Shown piece by piece: positions 20,001-29,088 of a stretch of 64,000 nucleotides of DNA. This DNA comes from Alphaproteobacteria bacterium (GTDB lineage Bacteria > Pseudomonadota > Alphaproteobacteria > RF32 > CAG-239), in assembly GCA_017635595.1 (NCBI GenBank), contig JAGBLF010000023.1, positions 8,398 to 72,397 on the forward strand. The letters run 5' to 3'. A model generated the notes under the pieces. That model was not told the DNA's origin and did not search any database. It saw only the letters and a list, made by a program, of their open reading frames with translations. The first letter of the stretch is position 1. Every line of letters begins with the position of its first letter. The position numbers and the translations under genes were made by a program.

Positions 20001-20405
20001 ATGGCTGAAGCAAAAAAAATAACTTTAGGACAGAAATTCCTTGAAGCACTTCAAGCTGCCTCAAAATCAAAAGAGCAGCTATTGCAGTTAGCCGACATCG
20101 CCATTAAGATGTCTCCATCTCATCGAACCCTTGCTGATCGCAAGCTTCCTGACGACATAACAGCGGTAAAAATGTGTGCTGCACCGGCAGAATTCAACGC
20201 TCGTCGAGGGAAAGACTTATCGACCGACGGTATGCTGTTGATAATTATGACGGCGTATTCAAAACATCCTAAAGGTTCTCCGAAAAACTTTAAGGAAGAT
20301 TTTAAAAAGGCTTATCCTGCCGAATACGGTGTCGAAAAAACACAAAAAAAGGATTTTTCTTTGCTCAAGGGCATTGTTCCGCGGTCAGGAAATTATACCT
20401 TATAA
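20001..20405 (+). CDS. Hypothetical protein
   Basis: Strong RBS GAAGGAGGTGGAATATG, followed by a terminator. No recognisable motif. Confidence 0.5.
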   Translation: MAEAKKITLGQKFLEALQAASKSKEQLLQLADIAIKMSPSHRTLADRKLPDDITAVKMCAAPAEFNARRGKDLSTDGMLLIIMTAYSKHPKGSPKNFKEDFKKAYPAEYGVEKTQKKDFSLLKGIVPRSGNYTL

Positions 20406-20432
20406 TTCAACCTTCATTTTGGCTTCTCCTTG

Positions 20433-20464
20433 CCCGCCGTTTTCCCCTAACGGCGGGTTTTTTA
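20433..20464 (+). terminator. Rho-independent terminator (CCCGCCGTTTTCCCCTAACGGCGGGTTTTTT)
   Basis: GC-rich 7-bp stem plus T-run after the 20001-20405 ORF. Confidence 0.6.
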
Positions 20465-20530
20465 TAAAAAAATATTGATTATTCCCAGAAATATTTTATT
20501 GTACAAGCATAATATCAGAAGGAGAATACC

Positions 20531-21124
20531 ATGTTACTTTTCAGTGTTGCGCTTATTTTAGGTATATTTTACGTTTTACCGTCTTATGCCAATCCGGCCT
20601 GTGCCGTATGCACCGTCGGTGTTGCCGTCGGCTTGGAAGTTGCCCGTAATTTGGGCGTTGATGACGGCGTTATTGCCATTTGGGCAGGCGCAATGTTGGC
20701 TTTGATCGGCTATTGGACGATTTTATGGTTTGATAAAAAAGGCTGGAATTTCAAATTCCGTAATACTTTATTGATGATTTTATCCTTGTCTATGATTGCC
20801 GGCGTTTACATTAAAGATTTAACCTATACGCCGAAACCTATTTTAATTTTTTATATGGATCCGTTTTTATTTTGCACAATATGCGGCGCTTTAATTTTGA
20901 TTTATTCATCGGTGTTCTACCAGTGGATGAAAGCCAGAAACGGCGGGCACGCCCACTTTCCGTTTGAAAAGGTCGTTTTACCTATTGCCGCTTTGACAAT
21001 TGCCGGTTATGTTGCCGATTATTTGCAAATTTGCCAACCGAGCGAAGAAGCAACGATGGAACAAGTCCAAAATGCCATTCCGGCAGACGGCTCCGATATT
21101 TATGATTTCAGTCACAAAGATTAA
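20531..21124 (+). CDS. Hypothetical integral membrane protein (5-6 TM)
   Basis: RBS AGAAGGAGAATACCATG. Multiple hydrophobic helices. Confidence 0.5.
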   Translation: MLLFSVALILGIFYVLPSYANPACAVCTVGVAVGLEVARNLGVDDGVIAIWAGAMLALIGYWTILWFDKKGWNFKFRNTLLMILSLSMIAGVYIKDLTYTPKPILIFYMDPFLFCTICGALILIYSSVFYQWMKARNGGHAHFPFEKVVLPIAALTIAGYVADYLQICQPSEEATMEQVQNAIPADGSDIYDFSHKD

Positions 21125-22230
21125 ACTTCGTCGGTATGAACCAGTAAAGATGAGCTGACCAGCAATATAATGATTGTCGGTGCGAATGCCGCCAGCCATA
21201 TCGGAATATATCCGTTCAAGCCGAACGCAAAAACAACTTGCGATAAAAAGTAAAATGAAAAGCCGGTCGCAATACTTATAACAACACGCCACATAACAGC
21301 CGAACCGCGCAACGTATTTTGCAGCATAAATACGGCGGCCAGCATTAACATACCGACCAGTAAAAACGGCGTTGCCAATAAGTTTAAAAACCGCATCCAG
21401 TGCTGACGCGCCGAAAAGCCTGCTTTTTCATAAAAATGGATGGTATCGGGCAATTGCCAAAAAGAAATAGCTTCCGGCTCAATAAAGTTTTCTCTGATAC
21501 GCTGAATATCTATGGTTGTTTCATAAGCATAATCCGACATTTCCTCAACCGGTTTACCGCCGATTAAAACTTTAACATCCTTAAGATGAAAAATGTTACC
21601 GTCCAGTGTGGCAAAATAGGCGACATAACTTTTTTGAATCTGCGAATTTTGATTCAACTCAGTAATGCTGACATCACGCATCCACACAACATCATCATCT
21701 TCCTGACGCAATGTTTTGGCTTGAATAAGCAAAATTTTGTCATCCTGAACCGCTTCCCGTATCCACAAACCTTTACTTGAAAACAGCATAGCATTCGGAT
21801 TGCGGGTATCAAAGCGGTAATCCAAAATTTCATGCCACTCAAACAGCTTTGAAGATATCGGATTTAATATGGTGATGTTGGCGATACCCAGCAGAAAAAC
21901 GGCTATTGTCAGCGGTTTTAAAAAGCCGAAAATAGACACGCCGGCTGTTCTTATTATCACAAATTCGTTATTTTTACTGAGTTTCCAAAATGTAATCATT
22001 GCCGCCACCATAACGACAAACGGCACAACAACCTCGATATTGCGTGAAATGCGCGTTACGGCAAGCTGCACGGCAAACCATAAAGTTACATCATCGCGGC
22101 CGGAGATTTTGCGCAGCGACTCGACCATGTCAAACATCATAATAATGCCGACAATGGCAAAAAATACCATAAAGAAATTTGCAAGCACCTGCCGCGTAAC
22201 ATAGCGGCTTAAAATATCAAAAATTTTCAT
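21121..22230 (-). CDS. LptF/LptG-family LPS export permease
   Basis: YjgP/YjgQ architecture: N-terminal TM cluster (MKIFDILSRYVTRQVLANFFMVFFAIVGIIMMFD), periplasmic beta-jellyroll region, C-terminal 3 TM. Confidence 0.7.
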   Translation of the reverse strand: MKIFDILSRYVTRQVLANFFMVFFAIVGIIMMFDMVESLRKISGRDDVTLWFAVQLAVTRISRNIEVVVPFVVMVAAMITFWKLSKNNEFVIIRTAGVSIFGFLKPLTIAVFLLGIANITILNPISSKLFEWHEILDYRFDTRNPNAMLFSSKGLWIREAVQDDKILLIQAKTLRQEDDDVVWMRDVSITELNQNSQIQKSYVAYFATLDGNIFHLKDVKVLIGGKPVEEMSDYAYETTIDIQRIRENFIEPEAISFWQLPDTIHFYEKAGFSARQHWMRFLNLLATPFLLVGMLMLAAVFMLQNTLRGSAVMWRVVISIATGFSFYFLSQVVFAFGLNGYIPIWLAAFAPTIIILLVSSSLLVHTDEV

Positions 22231-23174
22231 TCTGCGCCCTGCTCTGCTTGATTAAAAAACGGATCGGACAAGTAGCGTTCGATGCTGTCCGGCAAAACAA
22301 CAACAATATTTTTATCGCTCATTTCTTCGCGGGCGGCTAAGTTGATGGCACCAACCAAAGCTGCCGCCGCTGAAACACCGACAGGCAATCCCTCGGTACG
22401 AGCCACAGTTTTAGTCATTTCCAAGGCATCCTGACTCGACACCTTAAACACTTCGTCAACCAGTTCAGGCTTATACAAAGGCGGAACAAAACCGGCACCT
22501 ATTCCGCCGATACGGTGCGATCCTTTTTCACCGCCGCTTAACACCGGACTTTCGGCCGGTTCCACGGCCATAACATACAAATCCGGATTACAAGATTTCA
22601 ACGTTGAAGCAATACCCGTAATTGTTCCTGCCGTACCGACACCGCAAACAACGGCATCAACCGCACCGTCGGTATCTTCCATAATTTCAACAGCCGTTGT
22701 CAACTGATGAGCTTCGACATTTGCCGGATTGGCAAACTGCTTAAATTCGATTATATTATTCGAACGTTCTTTTAATATTTCCACTTTGTGCAGTGCGCCT
22801 GCCATACCTTCGGCTGCCGGTGTTAACAAAACTTCGGCACCGAACTGACGAATGAGCGCAATTTTTTCTTTTGCCATGTTTTCCGGCATAACAATAACCA
22901 ATTTATAACCGCGGGCAGCGCAAAAAGCCGCCAAGCCGACTCCCGTATTGCCGGATGTTGCTTCTATAAACACCGTATCTTCGTTGATTTGAGAAAACGG
23001 CGCTTTATTAATCATATTGAGGGCGACACGGTCTTTAACCGAAAATACCGGATTATAAAACTCGCATTTAGCAATTAAATTGCCTTTAAGTTCAAAATTT
23101 TGCATAATCTTATGCAATTTTACCAAAGGCGTATGGCCCACCAAATCCTCGATTGAATTATAAATTTTAAGCAT
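22227..23174 (-). CDS. cysK: Cysteine synthase (PLP-dependent, CysK/CysM family)
   Basis: PLP-lysine motif NPVFSVKDRVALNMI, glycine loop GNTGVGLA, TGGT loop (GVGTAGTITG). Confidence 0.85.
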   Translation of the reverse strand: MLKIYNSIEDLVGHTPLVKLHKIMQNFELKGNLIAKCEFYNPVFSVKDRVALNMINKAPFSQINEDTVFIEATSGNTGVGLAAFCAARGYKLVIVMPENMAKEKIALIRQFGAEVLLTPAAEGMAGALHKVEILKERSNNIIEFKQFANPANVEAHQLTTAVEIMEDTDGAVDAVVCGVGTAGTITGIASTLKSCNPDLYVMAVEPAESPVLSGGEKGSHRIGGIGAGFVPPLYKPELVDEVFKVSSQDALEMTKTVARTEGLPVGVSAAAALVGAINLAAREEMSDKNIVVVLPDSIERYLSDPFFNQAEQGAE

Positions 23175-23583
23175 TGTCTTTTACTCTTACCAATATATTT
23201 TTAAACCCGCTTTTTTGCGTCCCATCCAACTGTATTTTATTAACTAAAATATCTTTAACAGAGCACCATTTAAGCGGTATATCGTTTAAATTGGCATCTT
23301 CAACCACATACACGCTGTAAAATTGAATTTCTTTAATTGCCGTATTGTTTTCCAAAATATATGAAGTAATAAAGAAATCCGTCGTCGGTGCGACATCCAG
23401 AGACACATCGTCATCAGTCGGAAAAGAATATAGACCGCTGATTCTGTCATATTGACATACAACTTTATCACCGCTTTTTATGACAATATACACACGCTGC
23501 CGAACATAAGCTTTATCGGTATCGAGATATTTAAAATTACCTAATTTGTCATAAAACGGTTGTTTACCCATTTTTAGCCTCAT
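23167..23583 (-). CDS. Hypothetical protein (operonic between gmk and cysK)
   Basis: Overlaps both neighbours by 8-20 nt. No recognisable motif. Confidence 0.45.
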   Translation of the reverse strand: MRLKMGKQPFYDKLGNFKYLDTDKAYVRQRVYIVIKSGDKVVCQYDRISGLYSFPTDDDVSLDVAPTTDFFITSYILENNTAIKEIQFYSVYVVEDANLNDIPLKWCSVKDILVNKIQLDGTQKSGFKNILVRVKDNA

Positions 23584-24229
23584 TCATAAGCTTTTGTGTA
23601 AATTCTGTCAAACCGGCCATCTGACGAACACGTTTCATACGTTCGGCCGAAAAGATTTGCTGAATGGTATCTACCGCCTGTTCCGGATTATCACATATCA
23701 CCACATAATCATATTCAACCCAGTGCTGCATTTTATCGGCAAGTAGTGCCATACGCTTATTGATAATCTCCTGACTGTCGGTATGACGGCCCTCCAAACG
23801 GCGGCGCAATTCTTTAATCGACGGCGGCAACAGATAGATTGAAACAACATCATCCGGCGCTTTTTCTTTCATTTGGCGCAAACCGACCCAGTCCATATCA
23901 AAGACAACATCTTGCCCTATATTGATAAAGCTGTCCACTTCCGAACGTAATGTACCGTAGCGATTACCATATTGCGAATCAACTTTTTCATAAAAAGCAT
24001 CTTCGGCAACATATTTATCGTATTGTTCATCGGTAACATAGAAATAATCGACACCGTCGACTTCTCCTTCGCGTTTAGCCCGCGTTGTAACGGATACTGA
24101 AAATTTCAAGTTACTATCACATGCTAAAAGTCTTTTAATAACCGTTGTTTTACCCGTACCGGAAGGAGCCTCGATCACAAACATAACACCGCGGCGGACA
24201 GTTCTTAAACGTTGGATAATATCAGACAT
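23564..24229 (-). CDS. gmk: Guanylate kinase
   Basis: P-loop APSGTGKTT and guanylate-kinase signature region (TTRAKREGEVDGVDYFYV). Confidence 0.9.
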   Translation of the reverse strand: MSDIIQRLRTVRRGVMFVIEAPSGTGKTTVIKRLLACDSNLKFSVSVTTRAKREGEVDGVDYFYVTDEQYDKYVAEDAFYEKVDSQYGNRYGTLRSEVDSFINIGQDVVFDMDWVGLRQMKEKAPDDVVSIYLLPPSIKELRRRLEGRHTDSQEIINKRMALLADKMQHWVEYDYVVICDNPEQAVDTIQQIFSAERMKRVRQMAGLTEFTQKLMNEAKNG

Positions 24230-24321
24230 ATCTTTCCTCTTGTAAAATAAACCCTTTCGTATTATAAACTAAAATAATTGAAGATTACAACCATTAAAAA
24301 GCACTTATCGGGGATTTTTTT

Positions 24322-25080
24322 ATGACAGAAAAAGTAAGTATCTTAATCACGGGCGCCTCATCGGGTATCGGTGAAGCTTTAGCTTTGTATTATGCAAAAA
24401 ACGGAGCAACCGATTTATTTTTAAGCGGCCGCAATGCCGAGCGTTTGGAACAGGTGGCCGAACGCTGCCGCCAAACCGGTGTGACTGTTTACCCGAAACA
24501 GATAAACGTAACTGACCGCGCCGCCATGTGTGAATGGATTGCGCAATGCGAAAAGACAGCTCCGCTGAATATTGTTTTTGCCAATGCCGGCGTTTCGACC
24601 GGTGAAGAAAGCACCGAAAATGCCTACAACACTTTTGAAACCAATGTTATGGGGGTTATTAACACAATTCACCCGGTTATGGATATCTTCAAAAGTCGGC
24701 AAGACGGCCGCAAAGTTATAGCCATAACTTCATCAATTGCCGGTTACCACGGTTTGCCGTCGTGTCCGTCATACAGCGCCACAAAAGCCTGCACCAAAGC
24801 TTATGGCGAAGCCTTACGCGGCAGTTTAAAACCTTTCGGAATTCAGGTCAGCGTTATTTGTCCGGGATTTGTTAAATCACGTATTACCGATAAAAACACT
24901 TGTCCGATGCCGTTTTTCATGTCGGCGGAAAAAGCGGCACAAATTATTGCCGAACGGATTGATAAGAATATCGGTCTGATAACTTTTCCGTGGCCGATGC
25001 GCTTAGGAGTCTGGGCACTTTCGATTTTGCCTAATCGATTGACCGATTGGATTTATGCTTCCTTACCGCATAAAGTATAA
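24322..25080 (+). CDS. Short-chain dehydrogenase/reductase (SDR) family oxidoreductase
   Basis: TGASSGIG Rossmann motif, NAG motif and YSATK catalytic motif. Confidence 0.8.
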   Translation: MTEKVSILITGASSGIGEALALYYAKNGATDLFLSGRNAERLEQVAERCRQTGVTVYPKQINVTDRAAMCEWIAQCEKTAPLNIVFANAGVSTGEESTENAYNTFETNVMGVINTIHPVMDIFKSRQDGRKVIAITSSIAGYHGLPSCPSYSATKACTKAYGEALRGSLKPFGIQVSVICPGFVKSRITDKNTCPMPFFMSAEKAAQIIAERIDKNIGLITFPWPMRLGVWALSILPNRLTDWIYASLPHKV

Positions 25081-25108
25081 AAAATGCCCGAGTTGTTCGG
25101 GCATTTTT
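25081..25108. terminator. Bidirectional Rho-independent terminator (AAAATGCCCGAGTTGTTCGGGCATTTTT)
   Basis: Perfect hairpin flanked by A and T runs, between the convergent SDR and 25116-25829 genes. Confidence 0.55.
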
Positions 25109-25115
25109 CAAAAAA

Positions 25116-25829
25116 TCAATCGCCGTCATACATTTTCATTTTACGGCGCATAACTTCAATAACGTCTTCCGTTCTTCCTAAATTTTCCATATCGGCCAGC
25201 TTATTTTGACGTCTGCGCTCGGCGGCGATGACATTTTCTCGCTCTTCACAAAGACGTTCTTCCCCTGCGCTTTTAGCTTCTTGTTTTTCTTTTTGTACCG
25301 GTGTTGGAGCGGACAGCAAATCCTGATGTTTTTCAGCAAAACTCTGCCTTCTTCTTTTCTCGCGTAATTCAAAGGCTTCTTCATCGGTTAGTCGGCGACT
25401 ACCGCCGTTGAATCGGCGATTACGCTCAATTTTCAGATGTTCTTTATAGGATTCGACTTCAGGCACATTCATAATGTATCCGAGAGTAGACGATTTACCT
25501 TCGGCACGCATTTGTTTAAATGTTTGCAAAATCTGAGGTTCAATCCGCTCGCACATGCGCATATATGACTCATATTCCAAAGTTCCTTTCGGTGCATGAA
25601 AACCTTGTGAAAAATCAATTTCCGGATCATGCCAGCCGTTTTCTTTCAAAAACACGGAACCGACACCATAATCCACCAATGTTTCGCCGGACAATTTCAT
25701 CCGGCTGTAAAACATCATTTCATGTGTTACACCTAATTTATTGGCATCTGTCGGCGCAATATCTATAAAAATTTCGTCAGAGTGCTCTAATTGTGAACAA
25801 ATAACTCTATAAATTTTATTTTCTTCCAT
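25116..25829 (-). CDS. Hypothetical protein, paralog A of a tandem pair (conserved N-terminal E-N-x-I-Y-R-V-x-C-S domain, charged Arg/Glu-rich tail)
   Basis: Begins MEENKIYRVICSQ..., compared with MVADENIYRVVCSR... in the neighbour. The internal Met at 25829 abuts the stop of paralog B at 25831. Confidence 0.45.
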   Translation of the reverse strand: MEENKIYRVICSQLEHSDEIFIDIAPTDANKLGVTHEMMFYSRMKLSGETLVDYGVGSVFLKENGWHDPEIDFSQGFHAPKGTLEYESYMRMCERIEPQILQTFKQMRAEGKSSTLGYIMNVPEVESYKEHLKIERNRRFNGGSRRLTDEEAFELREKRRRQSFAEKHQDLLSAPTPVQKEKQEAKSAGEERLCEERENVIAAERRRQNKLADMENLGRTEDVIEVMRRKMKMYDGD

Positions 25830-25830
25830 T

Positions 25831-26382
25831 TCAACGCTCACAGTCTTTATATTGATTCCAACGCATTTTTTGAATCGGATCAATATGATCATTTTGATAT
25901 CTTATTTTTTTATCTTCTTCAAGTTTTTTATGTCTTTCGAGATCTTCTTTTGCTTTAAAAACACGTTCCTCGGCCGCCGATTTCGGATAATCCTGCTCGG
26001 TTGCAGAGACATAAACCCCGTAATTATTATCCAAATCATAGCGTGAAATGGTTGTCACAACGCCATCAGCCTTCATTTGAGCGAATTTTTCTTTAATCAT
26101 TATTTCCATTTTAGGGAACACTGTTTTATCATACGGCCAATAATCTGTCAGCAAAAAATAATCTTTTTTTGCCAAAAACTCTATCTTCGGCTCAGCTGAA
26201 TCCGGTCTGTCATATAAGAAAATTGCACCGGCAACATCCTCGGCATGGCTATTCAGGCGTTTTCTTGTATCCATAACAAGTTGATGAATTGCCCACTTTG
26301 CGGGAATAATATCGATATAATATTTGCCATCATAGCTATCACGCGAGCAAACAACGCGATATATATTTTCATCAGCAACCAT
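25831..26382 (-). CDS. Hypothetical protein, paralog B of a tandem pair
   Basis: Shares its N-terminal ~140-aa domain with the adjacent gene. Lys/Glu-rich tail. Confidence 0.45.
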   Translation of the reverse strand: MVADENIYRVVCSRDSYDGKYYIDIIPAKWAIHQLVMDTRKRLNSHAEDVAGAIFLYDRPDSAEPKIEFLAKKDYFLLTDYWPYDKTVFPKMEIMIKEKFAQMKADGVVTTISRYDLDNNYGVYVSATEQDYPKSAAEERVFKAKEDLERHKKLEEDKKIRYQNDHIDPIQKMRWNQYKDCER

Positions 26383-26480
26383 TTTAATCTCCTTGACAAA
26401 AAAATATACTATAAAAATCCCCCGTTGTCTATAAAAAAACTTGCATTTTATAAAAAAATATCATAAAAAGGCTAAGCATT

Positions 26481-26572
26481 GGTGAGATGGCAGAGTGGTC
26501 GAATGCGGTTGACTCGAAATCAATTGTACGTTTTACCGCGTACCTAGGGTTCGAATCCCTATCTCACCGCCA
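26481..26572 (+). tRNA. tRNA-Ser (anticodon CGA), class II with long variable arm, encoded CCA
   Basis: Acceptor GGTGAGA/TCTCACC. Anticodon stem GTTGA/TCAAT with loop CTCGAAA. Variable-arm hairpin GTACG-TTTTACC-CGTAC. T-arm TAGGG-TTCGAAT-CCCTA. Discriminator G followed by CCA. Confidence 0.85.
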
Positions 26573-26612
26573 ATAACAGTAAAGGGCACCTTCGGGTGTC
26601 CTTTACTGTTAT
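26573..26612 (+). terminator. Hairpin terminator after tRNA-Ser (AACAGTAAAGGGCACCTTCGGGTGTCCTTTACTGTT)
   Basis: Long inverted repeat directly 3' of the tRNA. Confidence 0.5.
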
Positions 26613-26796
26613 CCGTTGGCTCAGAAGATTTGAATCATAGGTACGCGAAGTACCTAGGGCCGGAGGAACAAAAACAACCTCAAAATGTTGTTTTTGGACG
26701 ACGGGCGAAGGTTGCTTTTGAGCAAGCCAGCGTCAGCGACGCACAGCGAAAAACAGCAACCGAGTGACCGAGACAACACTCAAGTGTTGCAAGAAG

Positions 26797-26821
26797 AATC
26801 CCTATCTCACCGCCAATAACA
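26797..26821 (+). repeat. Direct repeat of the tRNA-Ser 3' end (AATCCCTATCTCACCGCCAATAACA), att-like copy 2
   Basis: 25/25 identical to 26554-26578. Preceded by a divergent partial tRNA copy (GTACGCGAAGTACCTAGGG) and a ~140-nt insertion rich in hairpins. Confidence 0.55.
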
Positions 26822-26968
26822 AAAGAGCGCCTTATGGCGCTTTTTTTTGTTATTGTTGGTCGATGGGTTCGAACCCTAGAGGATGGGTTCGACGACAAGC
26901 GAAAGGCAGACGTAAGTATGCCGGTCGGCCGTAGCCGATGAGCGCCGGCGCACGGAGTGAAACGGAGT

Positions 26969-26986
26969 AATCCCTATCTCACCGCC
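26969..26986 (+). repeat. Direct repeat of the tRNA-Ser 3' end (AATCCCTATCTCACCGCC), att-like copy 3
   Basis: 18/18 identical to the tRNA T-arm/acceptor 3' half. Preceded by a GGGTTCGA fragment, then an ~85-nt insertion. Confidence 0.5.
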
Positions 26987-27001
26987 TGTACAGTGCGTCA
27001 A

Positions 27002-28198
27002 TCAAATCTTAAAAACTTCTTTATCATCATGCAGTTCTACATTATCAAACACCTCTTTGAACTGCTTGGGAAAGAAAGTATGTATCGGCACGATTCTCTT
27101 CGGATTTATGGCTAAAGCAAATTTTTGCAATGTCGGAATATCCGCATGACCGGAAGTATGAATATCATACATCGGTACATTTTTTTCCTTCATTAAATCC
27201 AACCGTTCTTGATACAACTCTTTGTAGCCGTCCCACATAGAATAGATAAAGGAAGCATTTTCGTTAACAAGCGAACTGCTTTTTAAGATATTGAAAATCA
27301 GTCCGCCGAACATAATCACATATTTAGATGGATTTTGCTCTATCATCTCTTTGGTTATATTATGCGGTGCCGTACTATCTGTTGCAAACTTTTTTATATC
27401 CGGCCATTTAAGACTCGGCAAATGTTCGTTATTTAGCACCATCAAGATATGCCCGGTGTAACCGCTTATAACTAAAGTTCTACCACTTTTCTTTGCTGCC
27501 CTGTAAATGGTAACGATACGGTCAATATTTTGTGAGGAGCTTTGAATAAAGGCTACGCTTTTGGTTTTCTTAAATACCTTTTCAAATTCTGCCTCAAGAG
27601 ATGCCTCAGACGGATATTTTGTTGACTGTTCACGACCAAGACAAGAGCCTTCCATCATCAAAACATCAATATCTTTGGGAGGATTTTTGATAAAACCGTC
27701 AAATAATTTGCCCTTGCGCCCATGGGCACGAAAGTCCCCGCTGTAAAACAAGCGTTTACCGTCGGCCTCTATCAAAAAGGCGTATGCTCCGTATGCGGAA
27801 TGGTCAACCAGATATGGCGTTATGGTAAACGGACCGATAGAAAAAGAAGTTTTATCATCAAAAATATGTATATTACCGAAAGCAAAGGCATTGGGAAGAT
27901 TGTGCTTTACACATACATCCATGATATCGGCAGTTGCCTGGCTCATATAAACCGGGATGCTGTTATCAATATGCAAACCTAAGCCATAATGATCTTGGTG
28001 CGGATGAGAAATAAGAATTCCCAATAAATCATCAGTTTTATTTTTCAATCCCTTAATATCGGGTAATAAATTAGCATTATTTTCTTCGGCATCCAATGGT
28101 AGTCCTAAATCAATAATCAAACGTTCGCCGGAACTGGCAGTTAATTCCACAGCCGAACCGCCGATTTGATTTGCCCCTCTCTTAATACAAGCTTTCAT
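27002..28198 (-). CDS. MBL-fold metallo-hydrolase of the beta-CASP nuclease family
   Basis: MBL motifs: D (IIDLG), HxHxDH (ISHPHQDHYG), H (VDHSAYG), D (YSGDFRAHG). Beta-CASP motifs A (LMMEGS), B (SGYTGH), C (DIHTSGHA). Start overlaps the upstream gene's stop (ATGA coupling). Confidence 0.7.
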   Translation of the reverse strand: MKACIKRGANQIGGSAVELTASSGERLIIDLGLPLDAEENNANLLPDIKGLKNKTDDLLGILISHPHQDHYGLGLHIDNSIPVYMSQATADIMDVCVKHNLPNAFAFGNIHIFDDKTSFSIGPFTITPYLVDHSAYGAYAFLIEADGKRLFYSGDFRAHGRKGKLFDGFIKNPPKDIDVLMMEGSCLGREQSTKYPSEASLEAEFEKVFKKTKSVAFIQSSSQNIDRIVTIYRAAKKSGRTLVISGYTGHILMVLNNEHLPSLKWPDIKKFATDSTAPHNITKEMIEQNPSKYVIMFGGLIFNILKSSSLVNENASFIYSMWDGYKELYQERLDLMKEKNVPMYDIHTSGHADIPTLQKFALAINPKRIVPIHTFFPKQFKEVFDNVELHDDKEVFKI

Positions 28199-29079
28199 TT
28201 ACAACTCTTTTTTTGTAAATAATCATAAACATTTTCAAGCAAAATCATATCTTTTCTAAACAGTCTGTCATCATCTTCTAAAAAGACGAAGTTTGATATC
28301 AACAAATCTTTTCTTTCGATTACATCTTTTAACTGCCGCATCAAACTGCCTGATTTAAAAGGATAGTGAGACATTGCAAAAATATATTCCGGTTTAATTT
28401 CTGGCGAAAAATTAATATCTTTTCCAAACTTTAGCAGTCCTAAGTGACTGAGCTGTTCTACAACTTTTTGCATATCCGTCAAGAAATCGGTATTATAATA
28501 AAGCTCTATAAAATCAACAGCCTTCTTGTAATGACCTTTTATACCCGAATCATTATCACCACCGCCCACAGAAGTATATCCTTCTTTCAGTTCAATAAAA
28601 GCTAAACCCAAGTTCTTTTGATCTGTCATGTAAACGGCCAACGCATCAAAACGCGTTTTACCGTCTTGAGTATATTCAACATCGAAAACTTGATAATCGG
28701 TATCCTTTTCCTTGTTATCGCACACAAGTTTTTGTTGTGTTACTTTTTCGCCCAGATTACCGCGGTTATAATTATCCAGAAAAACTTTAGCCTTTTCAAA
28801 ATAACCTTTCCAATTTCCTCCGAAATCAGTTAATGAGATCGGATAGTTCTTAACACCTTTATAACCAAAATAATTGCCGTTAACAATTGGGGCTGACTGC
28901 GGTAATATTTTTAAAATTTGCAATGTTTTATAATAAACCGTGACATATTTTCCGCGCAAAAACATAACTAATTGCGGGTCGTTTTTTACACAATCGACAA
29001 TTTCATGCAAATCTCCATTCGCTTGTAATCTCTTCAAAAAATTTTCAGATATTTGCCTTTTATTCATAATCAACGCCAC
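28195..29079 (-). CDS. Hypothetical protein with putative PD-(D/E)xK nuclease-like core
   Basis: ...VFDVEYTQDGKTRFDALAVYMTDQKNLGLAFIELKEG... gives an E / D / E-L-K spacing consistent with restriction-endonuclease-fold motifs I-III. The assignment is weak and based on motifs only. Confidence 0.35.
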   Translation of the reverse strand: MALIMNKRQISENFLKRLQANGDLHEIVDCVKNDPQLVMFLRGKYVTVYYKTLQILKILPQSAPIVNGNYFGYKGVKNYPISLTDFGGNWKGYFEKAKVFLDNYNRGNLGEKVTQQKLVCDNKEKDTDYQVFDVEYTQDGKTRFDALAVYMTDQKNLGLAFIELKEGYTSVGGGDNDSGIKGHYKKAVDFIELYYNTDFLTDMQKVVEQLSHLGLLKFGKDINFSPEIKPEYIFAMSHYPFKSGSLMRQLKDVIERKDLLISNFVFLEDDDRLFRKDMILLENVYDYLQKKSCK

Positions 29080-29088
29080 TACTTACTT

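Noticed and set aside
26680-26898. 72-aa ORF on the minus strand spanning the tRNA-fragment region
   Set aside because: It lies within the att-scar and insertion sequence, is GC-rich relative to the genome, and has no RBS. The region is better explained as duplicated tRNA remnants.
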